DNA from: Promethearchaeota archaeon
Lineage (GTDB): Archaea; Asgardarchaeota; Lokiarchaeia; Sigyniarchaeales; SOKP01
NCBI GenBank assembly: GCA_018238625.1
Contig: JABCSY010000113.1
Location: 1 to 12,253 of the forward strand
Direction of reading: 5' to 3'
Length of the DNA: 12,253 nucleotides
Of this stretch, positions 1 through 8,286 are shown piece by piece. The translations under genes were made by a program, and so were the position numbers. The notes under the pieces were generated by a model. That model saw nothing but the letters and a program-made list of their open reading frames with translations, was not told where the DNA came from and searched no databases. The first letter of the stretch is position 1. The number at the start of each line of letters is the position of its first letter.

Positions 1-123
1 ATCATTTGCGTAGAACCTAATTGTAATGCTACCTTCACTTAATGCTTCCCACGCAAATTGATTCAAAGTACCGGTTAAACTTGTGATGGTGTAATTCGTT
101 ACTCCTTCATTGAGAGAGTACCG
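1..123 (-). pseudogene. 5'-truncated fragment of an Ig-like repeat domain of the kind seen in Lokiarchaeia surface/secreted proteins; the frame runs off the left edge
   Basis: Manual translation of 123->1 gives RYSLNEGVTNYTITSLTGTLNQFAWEALSEGSITIRFYAND, resembling from memory the (W)YSL.G.TN.T...TGTINQ..W..L..G.ITIRFYAND repeat. The frame is closed upstream by TAA (150-148) and TGA (147-145) with no start codon before the domain. Confidence 0.6.
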
Positions 124-205
124 GTTTTTGAGGGTAATATAATCTCATTATTAGAGTATAATAAAGTAATGTGTCTGATTCTTTAACTATAGGTTGTATA
201 TATAA

Positions 206-457
206 TCTCCATTTATTCTTAATAGTTCTTATAATGCCTCAATTATAGCTAGAAAACATGACACCGTCAAAGTTAAAGCAATTGGATTTTCTGAATTTGA
301 TTTAGACGAATCTCATTATAAAATTTCAACTAAGCAATTGGTCACGCAACATAAGGTTGAAGTTTCAACAAAAATTTTAGAAGATAATAATATTTATTTT
401 GAAAAGGAATTCAAAAAGCTTTTGGATTGGGTTGGCTTAGAGTCGGAAAAATCTTAA
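206..457 (+). pseudogene. Start-less open frame of 83 sense codons, probable gene remnant
   Basis: Open between TAA 203-205 and TAA 455-457: SPFILNSSYNASIIARKHDTVKVKAIGFSEFDLDESHYKISTKQLVTQHKVEVSTKILEDNNIYFEKEFKKLLDWVGLESEKS. Protein-like composition, no in-frame ATG. Confidence 0.4.
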
Positions 458-604
458 TTGATTTAATATCAAATGTATATATAGTAAAGCTTATATGGTT
501 TCTTGGTGAGTAAAGAAGAGTTAATATTATGGAAACAGCTTTAAATGGAAGATTTATTCTAATTATTATTAGCAGATATATTAAAAGATTTGAGAAGAAT
601 TAAA

Positions 605-2137
605 TTAATCTGGAGCAATTCTTTTAGGATATCTTGTTTGAACATGAAGGCATTCTTGCAATAAACATTCTACTAACTCATGTTTATTTTTCATGAAATC
701 TTCCTTATACCATAAATTATGCAATTCTTGGGGATCATTTTTACGGTCGAAAATATCACCATATCCATTTATTCCCTCATAAACTGTTAATTTGTAATCC
801 TCTGTTATTAAATGCCTTAATCTACAGTAGAATGGTCCTTTAGGCCCTACTTCTTCGTCATGTTCAATCAAACAATAGTCTCTTACTTTTTTATTTGGAT
901 CCTCCAAAACAGGAGTCATATCATAACCTTGCATATCGGGAGGCTGCTTTCGTTCAGGAATGCCTAACAAATTCAAAATGGTTTTTGGATAATCAATAGA
1001 ACTAATTAACGCATCAGAAACTGCAGATTTAGTAACGCCAGGCACCCTCCATATCATGGGAATGTGAAGAGGGCCATCAAATGGACATGGTCCTTTAAAA
1101 ATCATACCATGATCTCCCATTAAATCACCATGATCGCTTGTATAGACCACAATTGTATTATTAGCATAACCCAATTTTTCAATTGCAGACAAAACTTGTC
1201 CTATACTGTCATCGAGTGAGGAGATAATTCCATATGTGTATGCGATAAACTTTCGAAGTTCTTCTTCGTTAGTTTCTCTCAGCATTGCATCACGCATTCT
1301 GTTAATATTATCTTTTAAAAAAGGATGAGAAAATAAATTTTCCAAATCATCGAAAGTTTCAGGAAGTGGAATATCTTCGGGTTTGTACATATCCTTATAT
1401 CTACCAGGAGGATGGAGAGGATGATGTGGATCAGGAAAAGAACAATGAAGATAAAAAGGTTTTGTACCATATTCTCCTCGTGCGTGTCTTTCAAGGAAAT
1501 TTATAGTCTTTTCCACGATATATGCATTGGGATAAAGATCAACTGTTAAATCACTTTCAATAAATGGACCAAAAATGGCATCAGGGTCACTCCATCGTTT
1601 TTTCATTGATTCATAATGTTCTGGTGATCGTTCTTCCAACCAGCCCATATAATGTCCTGCTAAAGCCGTACCATGGCCTAAAACTATGCCAACTTCTTGA
1701 TAATCATAATATGGGATTGGAAAATTTTCATTCGTCGGAGTTGATTCCCTTTTATCTGGGAATACCCAATCATAAAAGCTTTCGGCAGATTTAAAATCCC
1801 CCTTATATGGGGGCATATCACATTGATGATGGAATTTACCAAAACCAGCCGTATGCCAACCTCTATTGACGAGAGTTTGGGTTATAGTAGGTAAATCTTC
1901 AGGTAATATCATTCCGTTGCTTCTGACCCCATGCATATTTGGATAATAACCAGTTAAAAGAGTTGCTCTATTTGGCATGCACATTGGATTAGCACAGAAT
2001 GCATTTGTGAATCGAATACCTTCGCTAGCTAAGCGATCCAAATTTGGAGTTTTAAGAATCTTATTCCCAGAGCAACCCATATGATCAGCGCGATGCTGAT
2101 CAGATATAATAAATAAAACATTCATTTTTTCACTCAT
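605..2137 (-). CDS. Formylglycine-dependent (Cys-type) sulfatase, arylsulfatase A/choline-sulfatase-like, cytoplasmic
   Basis: 510 aa. N-terminal NVLFIISDQHR, CxPxR motif CMPNRATLLTG (Cys53, codon 1981-1979), GKFH, FPDPHHP, TSDHG, FKG and DPQELHNL motifs. No signal peptide apparent. Confidence 0.95.
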   Translation of the reverse strand: MSEKMNVLFIISDQHRADHMGCSGNKILKTPNLDRLASEGIRFTNAFCANPMCMPNRATLLTGYYPNMHGVRSNGMILPEDLPTITQTLVNRGWHTAGFGKFHHQCDMPPYKGDFKSAESFYDWVFPDKRESTPTNENFPIPYYDYQEVGIVLGHGTALAGHYMGWLEERSPEHYESMKKRWSDPDAIFGPFIESDLTVDLYPNAYIVEKTINFLERHARGEYGTKPFYLHCSFPDPHHPLHPPGRYKDMYKPEDIPLPETFDDLENLFSHPFLKDNINRMRDAMLRETNEEELRKFIAYTYGIISSLDDSIGQVLSAIEKLGYANNTIVVYTSDHGDLMGDHGMIFKGPCPFDGPLHIPMIWRVPGVTKSAVSDALISSIDYPKTILNLLGIPERKQPPDMQGYDMTPVLEDPNKKVRDYCLIEHDEEVGPKGPFYCRLRHLITEDYKLTVYEGINGYGDIFDRKNDPQELHNLWYKEDFMKNKHELVECLLQECLHVQTRYPKRIAPD

Positions 2138-2202
2138 TTATCTCAACCTTATATTAATTATTTACTTGCGAAATGAATTTATTAATAATGTTTAATTTGT
2201 TA

Positions 2203-2253
2203 AATTATACAACATTATACGATGTAGTTATATGTATCACAAATATTTAAGCA
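2203..2253 (+). promoter_or_regulatory. Operator-like 10-bp-periodic array plus TATA-like box (TTTAAG 2246-2251) in the divergent sulfatase/regulator promoter
   Basis: Units AATTATACA (2203), CATTATACG (2213), TGTAGTTAT (2223), TGTATCACA (2233). 2217-2242 aligns ungapped with 2927-2952 at 18/26 positions. Confidence 0.55.
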
Positions 2254-2287
2254 TTTCTCTTAGAAGAAATAAGGAAAGAAATCAAAA

Positions 2288-2884
2288 ATGAAAAAAAAAC
2301 AAAATAATTATCGGAAAAAATCTCACAGCATTAGCTTGCGGTTGGATGATGAAACTTATAAAAAGTTAAAATTAATATCGGGAAAGAATAATATTACGCA
2401 AAGTAGAGTTTTAAGAAATAGCTTTAATGAGTGGGTTAAACTTAAAAACATTCTAATGAAATCTGATTCTTTAATTATAGGAGTAAATTTTCTAAAGGGT
2501 TTACTTAATCTTGCAAATGATAAAGAACTAATTGATTTTGGGAAGTATATTGCTAAAATTTGGATAAATGAATTTAACATTCATTTAATAGATATGAAAG
2601 TGAGAGAAGATTTAGATTCAATGTTAACTACTCTTATAGAAGGAATAGGACCTAATGAAGCAAATTGGTTTAGTAAATTAAATTTTCGGAGAATAGATAA
2701 AAATAGAATTCTTGTTTATGGTCTACACTCCCTGAATAGAGGATTCTCCGTATATTTTAAATCTTTTTTAGCATATATAATGAAAAAAGAGTTTGATTAT
2801 AACTTAAATCCAGAAAAAAGCAATATTTCTGATTCAACTATCAAATTAGAATTTAAGCTTCCTGATGAGGTCTATCAGAATTAA
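2288..2884 (+). CDS. Ribbon-helix-helix (CopG/Arc/MetJ-like) transcriptional regulator with an uncharacterised C-terminal domain
   Basis: 198 aa. N-terminal SHSISLRLDDETYKKLKLISGKNNITQSRVLRNSFNEW fits the RHH beta-alpha-alpha pattern. The roughly 145-aa C-terminal region resembles, from memory, archaeal RHH-plus-effector-domain proteins. Confidence 0.8.
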   Translation: MKKKQNNYRKKSHSISLRLDDETYKKLKLISGKNNITQSRVLRNSFNEWVKLKNILMKSDSLIIGVNFLKGLLNLANDKELIDFGKYIAKIWINEFNIHLIDMKVREDLDSMLTTLIEGIGPNEANWFSKLNFRRIDKNRILVYGLHSLNRGFSVYFKSFLAYIMKKEFDYNLNPEKSNISDSTIKLEFKLPDEVYQN

Positions 2885-2920
2885 GCTTAAATTTAAATTA
2901 CTCTATTTTTAAAATAAAAA

Positions 2921-2962
2921 AATGTAATACATTGTATTAAAAGATACCACAATATTTATATA
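2921..2962 (+). promoter_or_regulatory. Operator-like palindromic array plus TATA box (TTTATATA 2955-2962) upstream of the GPH transporter
   Basis: Overlapping palindromes AATGTA-A-TACATT (2921-2933) and TAATACA-T-TGTATTA (2925-2939). Units TGTAATACA, TGTATTAAA, GATACCACA start at 2923, 2933, 2943. Confidence 0.6.
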
Positions 2963-3026
2963 TAGTATTTGATTAAATTCATTCATTCATTAAGTTTAAA
3001 AAAATTAATTATAAAAATGAATAGAA

Positions 3027-4436
3027 ATGAGTAAAAAGTCATCTAGTTTTAAAGAAAAATTTTTATTTGGGATATCAGCCATTCCTGATCAGTTAACTTA
3101 CCAAGTTTTTCAACTCTTAGTTTTTACATATTATTTTACTGTTATAAGATTACCGATGACGTATATAGTTATTGCGTATATTTTATGGGGTGTATGGAAT
3201 GCCGTAAATGACCCCCTAATCGGTGCGTTATCGGAGAAGAGAAAGTATAAAAAAAGATTGGGAAAACGTAGATTCTATATTATTATTGCTATTTTCCCCT
3301 TATCTTTAATAATGTTCTTTTTATTTTACATGCCATTTGAAACTACTAACAATGTTGTGAAGTTTATTTATTTTCTGACTATCATTTTTCTTTTTGAATT
3401 GTTTTATAGTATGTTTAATGTGAATATGAATGCAATATTCCCAGATCAATTTGCCACAACGGAAGAGCGTGCATCTACTCAAATATTCAGAAATGTATCA
3501 TTAGTATTTGCTTTAATATTAGGGGCATTATTACCTGGACTGATTATATCTGATTTTATCCCAAATAATGAAGCAGCAATTGCTCAAATTAAAAGCGAAT
3601 ATATTATTCTTGGGTTAGTTGTTGCGATTTTAACTTTTGTAGTAGCCGTTCCCTTTGTTTTATGGGGGATTAAAGAAAAAGAAGAAACATTAGAAGATCT
3701 TAAAAAAAGACCTTCCTTACTTCAAGCATTTAAAAAAACATTAACCAATAAAGCATTTTTAAAATTTACACTTGCCAATACTATGATATGGTATTGCTAT
3801 TCTATGTTGCCATTAATTTTACCTATATATGCTGAATATGTGCTTGATATTCCAGAAGGGGCATTACTGATAAGTTTAAGTTTAATGTCTACGTTTATAG
3901 TGGCGGCGATTTCTATGCCAATTCATAGAAAAATAGGTTTCAAAATTGGTGTGCGGAATGGTATGATTCTTAGTTTAAGCCTATGGATTATCTCATTAAT
4001 TCCCTATTTCTTAATAACTGGGGAGCAATTTCTAATAGTATTTATGGTTAATACAGCATTATTAGGTTTTCCATTAGCAGGAGCAATTTTTTATACAGAT
4101 CTTTTACATTCCGATGTAATTGACTATGATGCACTTACATTTGGCTTCAGAAGGGGCGCTAATTTTTATGGTATACATTTATTTATTCAAAGATTAGCAA
4201 TAATATTAGAAATTATTACAGTATGGGCGATGTTTAGGACTATCGGTTGGGAAAAAGAATTTATTCCAGTACCAGAAGATCCGGCATTAGTTATTTTAGG
4301 ATTAAAGTCACTAATGTTCATTTTTCCTGCGATAGCTTTAGTAATTGCAATTCTATTAATGATATCCTACAGTTTACACGGTGAAAAATTGAAACAAATG
4401 AGAGAAGATTTGAAAAAATATCCCGATTTAAATTAA
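3027..4436 (+). CDS. MFS transporter, glycoside-pentoside-hexuronide (GPH/MFS_2, MelB-like) family
   Basis: 469 aa with about 12 hydrophobic segments. GPH signatures WNAVNDPLIGALSEK...LGKRR, TEERAS and SDVIDYD...RRGANFYG. Confidence 0.9.
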   Translation: MSKKSSSFKEKFLFGISAIPDQLTYQVFQLLVFTYYFTVIRLPMTYIVIAYILWGVWNAVNDPLIGALSEKRKYKKRLGKRRFYIIIAIFPLSLIMFFLFYMPFETTNNVVKFIYFLTIIFLFELFYSMFNVNMNAIFPDQFATTEERASTQIFRNVSLVFALILGALLPGLIISDFIPNNEAAIAQIKSEYIILGLVVAILTFVVAVPFVLWGIKEKEETLEDLKKRPSLLQAFKKTLTNKAFLKFTLANTMIWYCYSMLPLILPIYAEYVLDIPEGALLISLSLMSTFIVAAISMPIHRKIGFKIGVRNGMILSLSLWIISLIPYFLITGEQFLIVFMVNTALLGFPLAGAIFYTDLLHSDVIDYDALTFGFRRGANFYGIHLFIQRLAIILEIITVWAMFRTIGWEKEFIPVPEDPALVILGLKSLMFIFPAIALVIAILLMISYSLHGEKLKQMREDLKKYPDLN

Positions 4437-4471
4437 ATTTTCAAAAAAATTATGATAAAATTAAAAATTAA

Positions 4472-4485
4472 CTCTTTTTTATTTT
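4472..4485 (+). terminator. Probable archaeal oligo-T terminator of the GPH gene
   Basis: CTCTTTTTTATTTT about 35 nt after the stop codon. Confidence 0.45.
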
Positions 4486-4586
4486 GTCTCAAGAGTACTC
4501 CCCCGACTCATTAAATAGGCTAATTCTCAACAATAATTGAAAAAAGCTATTTGAACATTCTGCCATATTTCTTTGACGATAATGGG

Positions 4587-4620
4587 TTAAAGTTATGTGG
4601 AAGCTTCCAAATAACTATAA
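4587..4620. repeat. 34-bp imperfect palindrome in the convergent GPH/hypF spacer
   Basis: TTAAAGTTATGTGGAAG|CTTCCAAATAACTATAA, 15 of 17 positions complementary, perfect 12-bp core TGGAAGCTTCCA. Confidence 0.7.
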
Positions 4621-4669
4621 GAGAAAGATCTATACAATAATTTTGGATAAGATTATAAGAAGCTAAGAA

Positions 4670-7093
4670 TCAAATTGGAATGTTGCCATATTTGCTATTA
4701 TTATACTTGAAAATTCCACCAATTAATTGACCTACGCTTATTCCCGCGTCCCCAGGTGGTACTAAGTTGTGTTCAATGAAACTAAATCCTTCTTTAATGA
4801 TTGTTTCTTTTATCGCCTTTGAAAAAGCACCGTTATAAGCAACGCCTCCAGTTAGTCCTATCGTTTTTAAATCGTTTTCTTTGGCAATTTTAATAGCAAC
4901 TTTTGCAAATACTATTCCAATTTCTTTTTGAAATTTTGCGGCGATATCTTGTCTATTAGAACCTTTAATTTCTAGTAAATTTAGTACATCTAAAATTAAA
5001 TCTGAAGTATTAATAAAATAAATTCCGTTTTTCTTCGAATATGCAATGTCTAAATTAATTTTATCTGGATTTCCTTTCGATGCCAAACCTTCAAGTCTCA
5101 TCGCAGGTTCTCCTCTATAACTTTTTAAATTCGACGCTCCTAAAATATATGACATAACGTCAAAAATCCTACCGGTGGAGCTTGTTAACGGGATGTTTTC
5201 GTTAGGAAATTGATAATCGGCGCGCTCAAATTCAGAAATAATTGTTTTCAATTCCGTATTATTATATTCCAAATCGTTTTCTAAGGAAATTTGTTTGAAT
5301 ACTTCTACTGATTTTTCGACACCGAGAGCATTAAGGACGATTGAAGCCGTCATTCTAGCGGGATATTTAGTACATCGGTCTCCTCCAATCATAGGTTGAT
5401 TTTCTAAATGACCGAGACGCGTATAATCATAGTAAGAACATAGTAAAACTTCACCGCCCCAAACATTCCCATCTTCGCCATAACCAACTCCATCTGTGCA
5501 TATGCAAACGATCTTTTCGTCTACTGCAATTATATTTTCCGCCATTAAGCTTAAAGCGTGAGCGTAATGGTGTTGGATACGGTATAAATTAATGTTTAAT
5601 TGTTCAGATAACTCTTTTGCTAACCTAGTCGTGACGAACGCTGGATGAGCGTCGCAAGCGATAAATTTAATTTCAGAATCTTTTATCTGAAGCAATTTTT
5701 TCATGTGATGAAGCGCATTTTTTAAAAAATCGTACGTTTCAAGGTGCGTTGCGTTTCCAATATGTTGAGTCGGGAAAATTCGATTTTTTCGTAATAACGC
5801 GCCTGTCACTGCTAATTCAGGGCCTGTAGCTATAGCGCTTGGGATTTTAACTTCAAAAGGTAATGGCAAATATTCTGGTACATATCCTCGCGACCTTCTA
5901 ATTAGTTTCATTTTGTTGTTATGAACCCTTAATACACTATCGTCAGCTCGTTGGTAAATTGGCCTATTGTGAAACAGAAAGAAATCGGCTAAATTGTTGA
6001 GTTGATCAAATATCTTTTCGTTTTCAATTGCCATAGGAACATTCGATTTATTTCCACTTGTATAAACTAATGGCTGTTTTCCAATATGATCAAAAAGTAA
6101 ATAATGAATACCTGAATATGGAAGCATAATCCCTATACTGTTTAAACCTGGCGCCACGAATTCGCTAATAATAGAGCCACTGAAATTTCGGTTTTTCTCT
6201 AGTAGCACGATTGGTCTTCGAAAAGATGTGAGAAGCTCTCTTTCTCTTTCTGAAACGTTAAAGTAATTCTCAATAATTTCCAAATTTGGAACCATTAAAG
6301 CAAATGGTTTATGTTTTCTCTTCCCTTTCCTCTTGCGTAACTCTATAATTGTTTTATCGTCGTTAGCAAGGCAAACCAAATGGACTCCACCTATTCCTTT
6401 AATTGCCGCAACTTCTCCATCTTTTATCCTTTTTGTAGTTATCTTTAATATCTCGTCAATCGAATCTGTTTTAATAGAGTTTTTTCCTTTATCGTAAAGC
6501 TGATAATTAGGACCGCAAACAGAACAAGCAAATGTTTGGGCGTGAAATCTCTTATTATTAAAATCCGAATATTCTTGTATGCAAGATTCTGGTTCTGCTT
6601 TTTTACAGAAAGGAAAATTTACCATCGTACTTCGCTCTCTATCGTATGGTAAATCCTTAACCGTTGTAAATCTCGGTCCGCAAACGGCGCACGCTATGAA
6701 TGGATAGTGGTAATACTTCGGTAGTTTGGGATTATTCATGTCTCTCAAGCACTCGTTACAAATCGCAATGTCTGGTGGAAGAGTTAGACTAATTCCTCGT
6801 CCTTGTTCACTTTTTCTTATTTCAAGATTATTAAAGTGTATTTTTGGATCTAAATCCTTATACTCAATTTTTTCAATAAATGAAATTTTTGGCTTCTTAA
6901 GATTAACTTCTTCGATAAAATGGTCAATCAGTTGAGATAAACCTTGCAAAACTAATCGAACTCCCGCGTTTCCTCGGTTTAATATAAATCCAGTTAAGTT
7001 TAAGGATCGAGCTAGATTATACAAAAACGGTCTGAAGCCTACACCTTGAACTATGCCTGTGATATTAATTTCTACAGTTCTTCGATCGTTCAA
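4670..7093 (-). CDS. hypF: [NiFe]-hydrogenase maturation carbamoyltransferase HypF
   Basis: 807 aa, TTG start. Acylphosphatase motif GIVQGVGFRPF, two zinc fingers (CNEC..CAVCGPRF; C-x7-C..CSVCGP), YrdC-like KGIGG/KPFALM/TSGN, and Kae1-like DAHP, HHYAH, DGVGYG, GGVAYN, PPGDAGISVGQ. Confidence 0.98.
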   Translation of the reverse strand: MNDRRTVEINITGIVQGVGFRPFLYNLARSLNLTGFILNRGNAGVRLVLQGLSQLIDHFIEEVNLKKPKISFIEKIEYKDLDPKIHFNNLEIRKSEQGRGISLTLPPDIAICNECLRDMNNPKLPKYYHYPFIACAVCGPRFTTVKDLPYDRERSTMVNFPFCKKAEPESCIQEYSDFNNKRFHAQTFACSVCGPNYQLYDKGKNSIKTDSIDEILKITTKRIKDGEVAAIKGIGGVHLVCLANDDKTIIELRKRKGKRKHKPFALMVPNLEIIENYFNVSERERELLTSFRRPIVLLEKNRNFSGSIISEFVAPGLNSIGIMLPYSGIHYLLFDHIGKQPLVYTSGNKSNVPMAIENEKIFDQLNNLADFFLFHNRPIYQRADDSVLRVHNNKMKLIRRSRGYVPEYLPLPFEVKIPSAIATGPELAVTGALLRKNRIFPTQHIGNATHLETYDFLKNALHHMKKLLQIKDSEIKFIACDAHPAFVTTRLAKELSEQLNINLYRIQHHYAHALSLMAENIIAVDEKIVCICTDGVGYGEDGNVWGGEVLLCSYYDYTRLGHLENQPMIGGDRCTKYPARMTASIVLNALGVEKSVEVFKQISLENDLEYNNTELKTIISEFERADYQFPNENIPLTSSTGRIFDVMSYILGASNLKSYRGEPAMRLEGLASKGNPDKINLDIAYSKKNGIYFINTSDLILDVLNLLEIKGSNRQDIAAKFQKEIGIVFAKVAIKIAKENDLKTIGLTGGVAYNGAFSKAIKETIIKEGFSFIEHNLVPPGDAGISVGQLIGGIFKYNNSKYGNIPI

Positions 7094-7146
7094 TGAAATA
7101 TTTTGTAGTTTTTATCTTTTACATTAAATTTTAGGTTTAATCTGAG

Positions 7147-8238
7147 TTATCTATGATAATTATAAAATATCGCACATGTACCCTCTTGAGAAACCATACA
7201 CGGTCCAATAGGATTGAGTGGAGTACAAATCTCGCCAAAAAGCTCGCACTCGTTTGGAGATAGTTTGCCTACCATTATTAGATGGCACGAACATCCCGGT
7301 GGGATATCTTGCGACTTTTCAATTTTAATATCGAACTTTTTATCAGCGTCAAATTTTTCGTACTTGTCTCGTATTGCTAAACCCCCGTCAAAAATTCTTC
7401 CAATCCCTCTCCAAGGGGAGGACACGGATTTAAAAACTTCTGAAATAACGTTTTGAGCGATTTTATTTCCTTCTGGTTTTACTACTCTTGAATATTCGTT
7501 TATGGTTTCGAATTTTTTATTTTTAATTTGTTGGAGTAGCATTAAAATACCTAATAAAACGTCGTTAGGCTCAAAACCGGCGATTACATTTGGCACTTTA
7601 TAGGCGTCTGAAAATATCTTAAACGGCTGTAAACCAATTATAGTAGATACATGCCCCGGCGAAATAAAACCATCAATTCTTAATTGTGATTGACTTATTA
7701 ATAGTTCCAACGCTGCGGGAATGAGCTTATGAGCACAAATCACCGAGAAATTAGAGGGGGCCCAGCTCTTAATTTCGTAACCGATTAAGGGGGCTGTAGT
7801 TTCAAAACCAATAGCAAAAAAAATTACTTCTTTATCGGGATTCTTTCTCGCAATTTCGACCGCATCGTGAGGACCATATACGATTCTTATGTCTGCCCCC
7901 ATTGCTTTTAATTCTGCTAAGGATAGTTTGGTAGATGGTACGCGTATCATATCTCCAAAAGTAGTTATTATGGTGTCGTCTCGTTTCCCAAGCTCAATTG
8001 CCTTGTCGATATCTGCAGCGGGACATACGCAAACAGGGCACCCCGGACCTGAAAGGATTTCAATCTCTTTAGGTAACAACGGTCTTAGCCCATACTTCGA
8101 AAGAGTGTGTTCGTGAGTGCCACACACGTGCATAAACTTAACTGGTTTTTTTATTTCTTTTACAATTTTATTTATTGATTTAATTATTTTATCTGTGAAT
8201 TCTTTGCTTCTTAAAATTTTAATTCCTGGAATATCCAT
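7147..8238 (-). CDS. hypD: Hydrogenase maturation protein HypD
   Basis: 363 aa. Motifs MHVCGTH, GPGCPVC, GFETT, PGHVS, GFEP and the C-terminal [4Fe-4S] region CSC...C..F...CTP..PIGPCMVSQEGTC. Confidence 0.98.
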   Translation of the reverse strand: MDIPGIKILRSKEFTDKIIKSINKIVKEIKKPVKFMHVCGTHEHTLSKYGLRPLLPKEIEILSGPGCPVCVCPAADIDKAIELGKRDDTIITTFGDMIRVPSTKLSLAELKAMGADIRIVYGPHDAVEIARKNPDKEVIFFAIGFETTAPLIGYEIKSWAPSNFSVICAHKLIPAALELLISQSQLRIDGFISPGHVSTIIGLQPFKIFSDAYKVPNVIAGFEPNDVLLGILMLLQQIKNKKFETINEYSRVVKPEGNKIAQNVISEVFKSVSSPWRGIGRIFDGGLAIRDKYEKFDADKKFDIKIEKSQDIPPGCSCHLIMVGKLSPNECELFGEICTPLNPIGPCMVSQEGTCAIFYNYHR

Positions 8239-8286
8239 AATATTATCTAGATGAAATTTATTGAAAGTTTAGCAAATTATAATAAT

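Noticed and set aside
506-604. Protein-like + frame (VSKEELILWKQL*MEDLF*LLLADILKDLRRIK) and a 24-aa ATG ORF at 529-603
   Set aside because: Too short, interrupted by stops and not recognisable; cannot be distinguished from AT-rich noise.
1564-1794. 76-aa + strand ORF
   Set aside because: Antisense shadow inside the sulfatase with no motifs.
2356-2580. 74-aa - strand ORF
   Set aside because: Antisense shadow of the RHH regulator.
3017-3034. 5-codon upstream ORF (MNRNE) overlapping the GPH start
   Set aside because: Expected by chance; no supporting regulatory features.
4490-4512. GC-rich patch reading GGGGAGTAC on the minus strand, reminiscent of 16S rRNA or a SECIS/K-turn
   Set aside because: Only about 9 nt of similarity and no extended stem with correct geometry.
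4547-4672. hypF ends in TGA followed by 40 open codons, suggesting possible selenocysteine readthrough
   Set aside because: HypF is already complete, the TGA is not at a conserved Cys position, and no convincing SECIS is visible.
6726-8116. + strand ORFs 6726-6935, 7214-7456 and 7889-8116
   Set aside because: Antisense shadows of hypF and hypD.
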